A stretch of 64,000 bases of DNA. Origin: Candidatus Melainabacteria bacterium 17Bon1m. GTDB taxonomy: Bacteria; Cyanobacteriota; Vampirovibrionia; Obscuribacterales; Obscuribacteraceae. How positions within the stretch are numbered: the first letter of the stretch is position 1; every line of letters starts with the position of its first letter. Location: contig JAVLKG010000005.1 in assembly GCA_032128875.1 (NCBI GenBank), forward strand, positions 128,001 through 192,000, in the 5' to 3' direction. Positions 58,427 to 64,000 of this stretch are shown piece by piece. The notes under the pieces are model-generated. The model did not search any database, was not told the DNA's origin, and saw nothing but the letters and a program-made list of their open reading frames with translations. The translations under genes and the position numbers were made by a program.

Positions 58427-60142
58427 ATGACGTTTGCCATCCTCAATCAAGTGAAAAGTTGCCTTCAGATTTCTTGCGGCCACTTTTGTTGCTATTCCTC
58501 AATTTATGTCCGAAAAAGCCCGTTTGGGTATAGAACCACACGGGAACGTCCTTTTGAATTGACAAATCGATTTTCGAGCCGAGGAAAGTCTTTGCCGCCC
58601 CCAGACAAGCCGCACAACAATGACGTGATACCCATATCTCAGCCTCTCAAGCCCTGGGAGCAAGGCTATCGCTTTGACTTGAATGGACAAGACGGCGCTA
58701 TTCTCACAGGCGACGGGCAGACCGCCAAAGTCGAAGGGGCTCCCGGAATTTTGAACAAGACCGGCAGTGCAGATGTTCACTTACCAAATGCCACGATTGA
58801 TGAAAAACCAAAGGTTTTAGCTGAGGGATCGCCTTCTGAGCAAAACGAGAAATCGGAGCCTAAAGCCCTTACAAACGCTCAAGAGGCTGAGTCGCTCAAT
58901 CGCAGCTTTATCGATCCGACTTTGCGTGCCTTCAGTGCACGTTTTGCATACTTGGCGGCCACCGATGGTTTGACGGCTGACAATGCGTCTATAGCGAAAA
59001 CATTGAAAAAAGCCGGTCCGATGGGCGAGCAGCTATTGGGGCAGATGGCTGAGATGGAAAAGATTGGCTGGAAGTTGCAGCCGATCGGGCTCAATGACCG
59101 CTACCTGCAACTGGAAAGACCCAATCTTCTTTCTCGAATGAGCAAGATGTTGACCCTGTCGGGCTATCATTACGATGCTTTTAAGGGTGAAAACCTGCGG
59201 ACAATCGGCTACAACAACGTCAACAATGCCCTCGGCAGCGTGATGGGCTCCAGCTACGCAATGGGGAACACCGTCAAGCACGTGACCTCAATCGTGGCGC
59301 ATGAAATCGGACACCACGATAAGACAATTGCCGATTTTAGAGACATGTCCAAGCTCACCGTGCCTGAGCAGCAAACGCTTGCAAAACGGCTGCTGGCAAC
59401 AGAAACTCGCGCCATTCTTACTCAATTGCACGTTGCAGACAAGGTCGGTGATTTTCACTTGAGCAATGATTCTTTGAAAACAGCGCTGATGAAGCGGGAT
59501 TTGGGAGGTTTTATTCATGATGCCTGGGGTAAATCCAGCTCCACTTACAGTTCGTTTGCATCCATAGATCGTCAATACGCCAAGACTTTCGTCAACGAGT
59601 TCATCGATGATCTCGCGGTGAAGACGCAAACTAAGTTCAATAATGCCCTTGTCGATGCAAAAACCGGGCGGGTAGGTCTTTTCGACATCACCGAAGGGGC
59701 AGGCAATAAATTTGGAAACATTGCAGGCGACGAGGAGGTGCTCAGGCGCATGAACGCTCCTGTAGCGGAAGCGACTGCCAATCCCGGCCGCTTTGCTGCT
59801 TTTATGGAATCACGGACTGGGCGGGCTCTTGGGTACGGCATGAAGGGCGCAGCCGCACTCGGTTTGCTTGCTACTGCCGCGGATCTGAAAAGCGCATACA
59901 GTGAGAGTTTTTCGAAAGGAAACTCGCGCCTGGCACGCGTCGGTGTCGATTGGGCGGGCTTTGAGGCCGGTACGGTTGTCGGAACTCGGCTAGCTTCCAT
60001 GCTTGCTGTTTCTGCAAAAGTGAAACTGCCTGTGGTGGCAATTCCATTAGCGGCGATTTCATTTGGAATCGGCGGGTCATATCTTGCCGACAAAACACTT
60101 GGTGAAGGCGTCGAAAATTACGTCGGCCGCAAGTTTCCTTAG
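58427..60142 (+). CDS. Hypothetical protein with a HExxH motif and hydrophobic Gly-rich C-terminal helices
   Basis: VAHEIGH followed by ETRA; start uncertain (possibly TTG near 58559). Confidence 0.65.
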   Translation: MTFAILNQVKSCLQISCGHFCCYSSIYVRKSPFGYRTTRERPFELTNRFSSRGKSLPPPDKPHNNDVIPISQPLKPWEQGYRFDLNGQDGAILTGDGQTAKVEGAPGILNKTGSADVHLPNATIDEKPKVLAEGSPSEQNEKSEPKALTNAQEAESLNRSFIDPTLRAFSARFAYLAATDGLTADNASIAKTLKKAGPMGEQLLGQMAEMEKIGWKLQPIGLNDRYLQLERPNLLSRMSKMLTLSGYHYDAFKGENLRTIGYNNVNNALGSVMGSSYAMGNTVKHVTSIVAHEIGHHDKTIADFRDMSKLTVPEQQTLAKRLLATETRAILTQLHVADKVGDFHLSNDSLKTALMKRDLGGFIHDAWGKSSSTYSSFASIDRQYAKTFVNEFIDDLAVKTQTKFNNALVDAKTGRVGLFDITEGAGNKFGNIAGDEEVLRRMNAPVAEATANPGRFAAFMESRTGRALGYGMKGAAALGLLATAADLKSAYSESFSKGNSRLARVGVDWAGFEAGTVVGTRLASMLAVSAKVKLPVVAIPLAAISFGIGGSYLADKTLGEGVENYVGRKFP

Positions 60143-60191
60143 TTGAAATTGGTTCAGCCCTGCCAACGTTCTAATTTTGAAAGGGTAAACT

Positions 60192-61664
60192 TCAAGAAAC
60201 GTGCAGCTGGCGCGCGAATTCTTCAATTGCGTTGCTCAGCACGTTTTCATCCATGTTTGCATAGCCCAAAACATACTCGCCCTGCGGCCAGGGCAGACTT
60301 ATGTAATTAGCGCCTGTAGAGCGGAATGGCACGCCGCAGGTCATTGCCAATTCTCGCAGTCGATCGGAGTGAATCTCAGGCGGGAATCGCAATGTCATAT
60401 GCATGCCTGCATTCTCGCCGACTACTTTTACCTGATCGCCAAAGCACTTAGTGATGGTTTCTGTCAGCTTTTGCCGCTTTCGATCGTAGTAAGTCCGCAT
60501 CCGTCGAATGTGATGTTCGAGCGATCCGTCAGTGATGAAATCCGTGAGTGCAAGCTGTTCTATAAGTGGTGAGTTGTGGTCAGCCATGCGCTTCGCCCAG
60601 CAATATGTGTGCACGAGCTCTTGGGGGACAACCATGTATCCAAGGCGCAGAGACGGGAAAATCAGCTTTGAGAACGTACCTGTGTAAAGCGTCACTCCGC
60701 TGTCATCGAGCGCACTCAATGCTGGAATTGGCAGTCCCGAATAGCGAAACTCGCTGTCATAGTCATCTTCTACGATGACCGTATTGTTTTCCCTTGCCCA
60801 CTGCAGAAGCTTGAGTCGTCTGGGCAAAGGCAAGACGACTCCGGTGGGAAACTGGTGCGAAGGTGTGACGTAGATAAGCCGAGCATTGAAGGTAGTCATT
60901 TTCTCTAGCTCGTCGACACACAAACCGTATTCGTCGACTGGAATTGGTGCGAGTTTTGCACCACAAGCCGAAAGTGTGCGATGGGCGCCGAAGTAGCAAG
61001 GGTCTTCCACAATGGCTACGTCACCGCGATTGATGTGTGTTCGCACAATGAAGTCGAGAGCCTGCTGCGAGCCGCTGACGATTATCACCTGTTCCCAATC
61101 ACACTTAACGCCACGCGCGCGTCTCAAATATTCTACGATTGCTTCGCGCAAGGGGCGGTATCCGCCTGAATCTTTGCTGTACTCGAGCGCCTGCATCGAA
61201 GACACTTCCGTGTGTTTCATCAAAAGTTTGCGCCATTTCTTAAGGGGGGCTTGGTCGAAAGCGACAGAGCCGCCCGTCATCAGTCGCCCCTCTGTCTCGA
61301 AGTCACCTTGAGCCGCGAGGTACTTTCCGAACTCGGAGAGATGCTCCTGAAAGCGTCGCCCACTTGATTCCGATTGGCTGACTGGTTCGCGACCACCGGC
61401 AAAAAGGAGCTTGTCCGGCAGTTCGTTGGAGACGTACGTGCCGCTACCGGCAATACTTTTCAGGTAGCCTTCGCTGAGGAGTTGGTTGTATGCAGAGGTG
61501 GCTGTGGTCCTCGATATGTCCAGCAAGTCCGCCAATTCGCGACTGGAGGGCACTTTCTTTCCGGCAGCCCACTCCCCATTGAGAATGAGACGTCTGAATT
61601 CTTCGTATATCTGGCGATGTAGCGGTATACCGCTGCCAGGGTCGAGGCTGAGTTGCAGATCCAT
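60192..61664 (-). CDS. MocR/GabR-family PLP-dependent GntR regulator
   Basis: PSSRELA, TPSHQFPTG, EDDYDSEFRY and GTFSK...LRLGY motifs. Confidence 0.93.
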   Translation of the reverse strand: MDLQLSLDPGSGIPLHRQIYEEFRRLILNGEWAAGKKVPSSRELADLLDISRTTATSAYNQLLSEGYLKSIAGSGTYVSNELPDKLLFAGGREPVSQSESSGRRFQEHLSEFGKYLAAQGDFETEGRLMTGGSVAFDQAPLKKWRKLLMKHTEVSSMQALEYSKDSGGYRPLREAIVEYLRRARGVKCDWEQVIIVSGSQQALDFIVRTHINRGDVAIVEDPCYFGAHRTLSACGAKLAPIPVDEYGLCVDELEKMTTFNARLIYVTPSHQFPTGVVLPLPRRLKLLQWARENNTVIVEDDYDSEFRYSGLPIPALSALDDSGVTLYTGTFSKLIFPSLRLGYMVVPQELVHTYCWAKRMADHNSPLIEQLALTDFITDGSLEHHIRRMRTYYDRKRQKLTETITKCFGDQVKVVGENAGMHMTLRFPPEIHSDRLRELAMTCGVPFRSTGANYISLPWPQGEYVLGYANMDENVLSNAIEEFARQLHVS

Positions 61665-62007
61665 GATGCCGCGGACGGAGAAAGAAATACGGAAAACGGG
61701 CGGAAATGATAAAGGTGGGAAACAGTGAACCGGAAGTAAGTATAAAAGGCTGGCCTAATTCTTTTTGCCACAAAACGGACAATCTTGCACGTATCTTTCG
61801 AGCCTTTTCGGAAGCAATGCCTTGAAGATTCCGGCAGCAAGTCTTTCCGCAACTCTTTCTTGTTGATACTATTTCATATAGCGGAACAGTTGGAAAAAAT
61901 GAGACGGGTAAATTTGGCCCTCAGGGTGATTTCTCACCATGGGTTCCAAACTCGCCCGTCTCAAGGAGTGTTTTTGAGCCTTGCCTAAGTGCTCAGTCGA
62001 AAACGCT

Positions 62008-62874
62008 CTACCGCGGAATCGTGGTGGTCGAAATCGGCAGCCAGGCCCCCTTCTTCTTCGTCTTGTCGATCCAGGTCCACTTGTAGCGAACACCGTTGAA
62101 CTCCAGACGGAAGAAGAGGCCGAAGTATTCGGCAGCCTTTCCACACGCGTGGAAAGAGTCGGCGAACCAGTCCAGCGAGACGATTTCCTTGATGCTGGCG
62201 ACCTTTTCGTCGATTCGCATCTGCAGGACGATCTCGCCGGTTGGCTTGCGGTGACCGGGGTTGCGCTCCACGTCGACACGGACTTCCGCCTGCTTGATGG
62301 CGAAGTTGACCCGGTCGTGTGCAGCGTTGTACCACCAGTTACGGCGAGCCAGCGTCCAGTTGCCGAAGCCGAGGCGGCGCAAGATGTTGAGCTTCGTTGC
62401 CTTGTCCTCGCGAACGCGGCGCTCGTCACCGATGCACTTGTCGGCAATCACCAAGATGGCGTGCGCGGCACTGTAGATGCCGTGCTGGAGCACCCTGCTC
62501 GAGCGGTGGTGGACGATGAGCTTGCAGACCGGCGCGTAAAATTCGTGAGGCACGTCGCGCTTCTTCAGGTATTCGCTCATCACACGCGCGCCTTCACGGT
62601 CGTGGTTGTCGATGTCGATCGAGCGACCCACGTCATGACTGCGCAGTGCCACCGGCAGGATGAACTCGCGAGTGACTTCGTCCAGCAAGGGACCGAAGAC
62701 CGCTTCCAGCTGCGGAAGCAGAGACTTCATCCCGAGGTCATGGACTTCTTCACCGTGGTGAGCATCATGTCGAGTCTGCCACGAGGAGTTCTTGTCCCCG
62801 GCAGCATAAATTTCGAGATATTCGCGATCCGTAGGCATGGCATCGCGAATCTCGATCAGTCGAGATAGTTCCAT
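62008..62874 (-). CDS. HD-domain phosphohydrolase
   Basis: HH...SHDVGR...H..GA...HH...ADK motif series; RBS GGAG. Confidence 0.8.
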   Translation of the reverse strand: MELSRLIEIRDAMPTDREYLEIYAAGDKNSSWQTRHDAHHGEEVHDLGMKSLLPQLEAVFGPLLDEVTREFILPVALRSHDVGRSIDIDNHDREGARVMSEYLKKRDVPHEFYAPVCKLIVHHRSSRVLQHGIYSAAHAILVIADKCIGDERRVREDKATKLNILRRLGFGNWTLARRNWWYNAAHDRVNFAIKQAEVRVDVERNPGHRKPTGEIVLQMRIDEKVASIKEIVSLDWFADSFHACGKAAEYFGLFFRLEFNGVRYKWTWIDKTKKKGAWLPISTTTIPR

Positions 62875-63484
62875 TGTTCTTACTTTCTCCAGTTTTTTCT
62901 TAGCGCTCTGCCACCCAGCAGGAACGCCCTTTTTTGCTAAGTCACTTCGGATGGATAAGTGTGAAACCCTCGCTCCGTCGAAGGAGTGCAGACATCTGGC
63001 TTAGGTGCAAAGTAGGTGCGGCCTTTAGGTCCTGATGTCTGTGTGTCTCCTTGTGCAAGTGCGAAAAATAGGGTTAGGCCTAGAAACTAGCTATACGAGA
63101 GCATCAAGAGCAATACCTGGGCTAAATATTTATGGCTAGTAAGGCTTACAAGTCTTTGAGCTAACTAGGTTTAAAGCCTTAAATGGGCCTGGAGCGGCTA
63201 TGCACAGCTAACTCAGTTGCGCGAGCGAGCTGCGCTCTTACACTTTTTCGTCCCTGCGCCAAACAGCATTGTCCGTTAGTGTGCTGGTCGTAGCGACGCA
63301 GAAGCAAAGCCGCGTTATTGACAGATTGAAGTGCGCGGCGGCAGAAATGTTCGCTGCGCCATTCGGACCTCTAAAAAAATGACCAAATTGGCACCACAGG
63401 CGGTGTCTTTAAGTTGATGCTGAAAGTTGTCGCGAGCGGCTGAAAGCCTTGTCTGCGCTTCCTTTTATCTTTAAGGCCAAAATA

Positions 63485-63510
63485 AAAGAGGCACTGATCA
63501 GTGCCTCTTT
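63485..63510. terminator. Perfect 26-bp palindrome, probable terminator (U-tract on the minus strand)
   Basis: AAAGAGGCACTGATCAGTGCCTCTTT. Confidence 0.7.
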
Positions 63511-63519
63511 CTAGATGTT

Positions 63520-63670
63520 CGCAGGACCGGTGCTGCCCTCGGTATTGACCATCCCTGGTCTCTCTCTCTGGAGTACCTGCGTCGTATGTTTTGTTCTACG
63601 ACCCGCTCCAGCAATTTAGGAATGGCTCGAGAACAAATTCATACTAGCGCAGATAACACGTCGGTGTCTG
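63520..63670 (-). ncRNA. Candidate structured ncRNA (long interrupted rod)
   Basis: Nested minus-strand pairings GTTCTCG/CGAGGGC, GCCATTCCT/AGGGATGGT, CTGGAG/CTCCAG and GTCGTA/TACGAC, followed by a terminator. Confidence 0.4.
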
Positions 63671-63707
63671 TAGTGAAAGTACGAAATCTGTGAGAAGTTC
63701 GTAAAAT

Positions 63708-64000
63708 TCAGGCTTCCGACGTCATTTGCGATTGCAGTTCGTTTAACAGATGTTCGATAAGAACCTCTGCCTGACTGCGTCCTAGCTCATCCCAGTGAGG
63801 AACTTTGAACCTGCTCACAGAGAAGCTGTCAGCTTGTTCGTCCGACCAGCCCACAAGATCCAGCGCTCTGCCAAGGATCGTGAGGTAGTTTTGGTCTGTT
63901 ATTTCACCAAGGAAAGGTCCTTTCTGCGCAGGTGCTGCTGGGGCTTTTGGCGGCTCCGGTGGCGCGGGCGGTGCGGGCGGTGCGGGCGGTGCGGGCACCG
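63708..64000 (-). CDS. C-terminal part of a protein with a Pro-Ala-Pro linker (5' end outside the window)
   Basis: GGTGCGGGC 9-mer repeats encode PAP; small helical C-terminal domain. Confidence 0.6.
   Translation of the reverse strand, partial: VPAPPAPPAPPAPPEPPKAPAAPAQKGPFLGEITDQNYLTILGRALDLVGWSDEQADSFSVSRFKVPHWDELGRSQAEVLIEHLLNELQSQMTSEA

Noticed and set aside
63958-63998. GGTGCGGGC tandem repeat as a DNA element
   Set aside because: Explained as coding for a Pro-Ala-Pro linker.

Overview
Bacterial chromosomal window with no rRNA, CRISPR array, transposase or integrase. It is a compositional mosaic. GC-rich, strongly codon-biased blocks carry a terD/vWA cluster, a XopQ/HopQ1-like nucleoside hydrolase, citrate synthase, two co-oriented arrays of short hypothetical genes, Sir2, a Nudix-LOG pair, cysS, pssA with a DUF2339-like gene, aidB, a TPM/PspA operon and an HD protein. 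These alternate with visibly more AT-rich genes: two Ser/Thr kinases with LRR or TPR tails, two MocR regulators, a metallophosphoesterase, a DUF6088-like protein and a glycogen debranching enzyme. The gene repertoire resembles Obscuribacterales/Melainabacteria, which is inference only. The most unusual signals are non-coding. (1) A non-canonical tRNA-like element with a Cys-type CUGCAAA loop lies directly behind the Nudix-LOG operon. (2) A TCCGAAAAAT-N5-ATTTTTCGGA palindrome occurs five times; its flanks differ between copies but stay self-complementary in four. (3) A pair of 54-nt structured direct repeats brackets one thioredoxin-like gene. (4) A GATC-rich 22-bp repeat lies in a 1.9-kb intergenic region. 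(5) There is a rod-shaped ncRNA candidate near the right end. Notable proteins are a XopQ/HopQ1-like hydrolase, a CRIPT-like Zn-finger and a membrane-anchored PspA. All family calls come from motif recognition by eye; no database searches were run.
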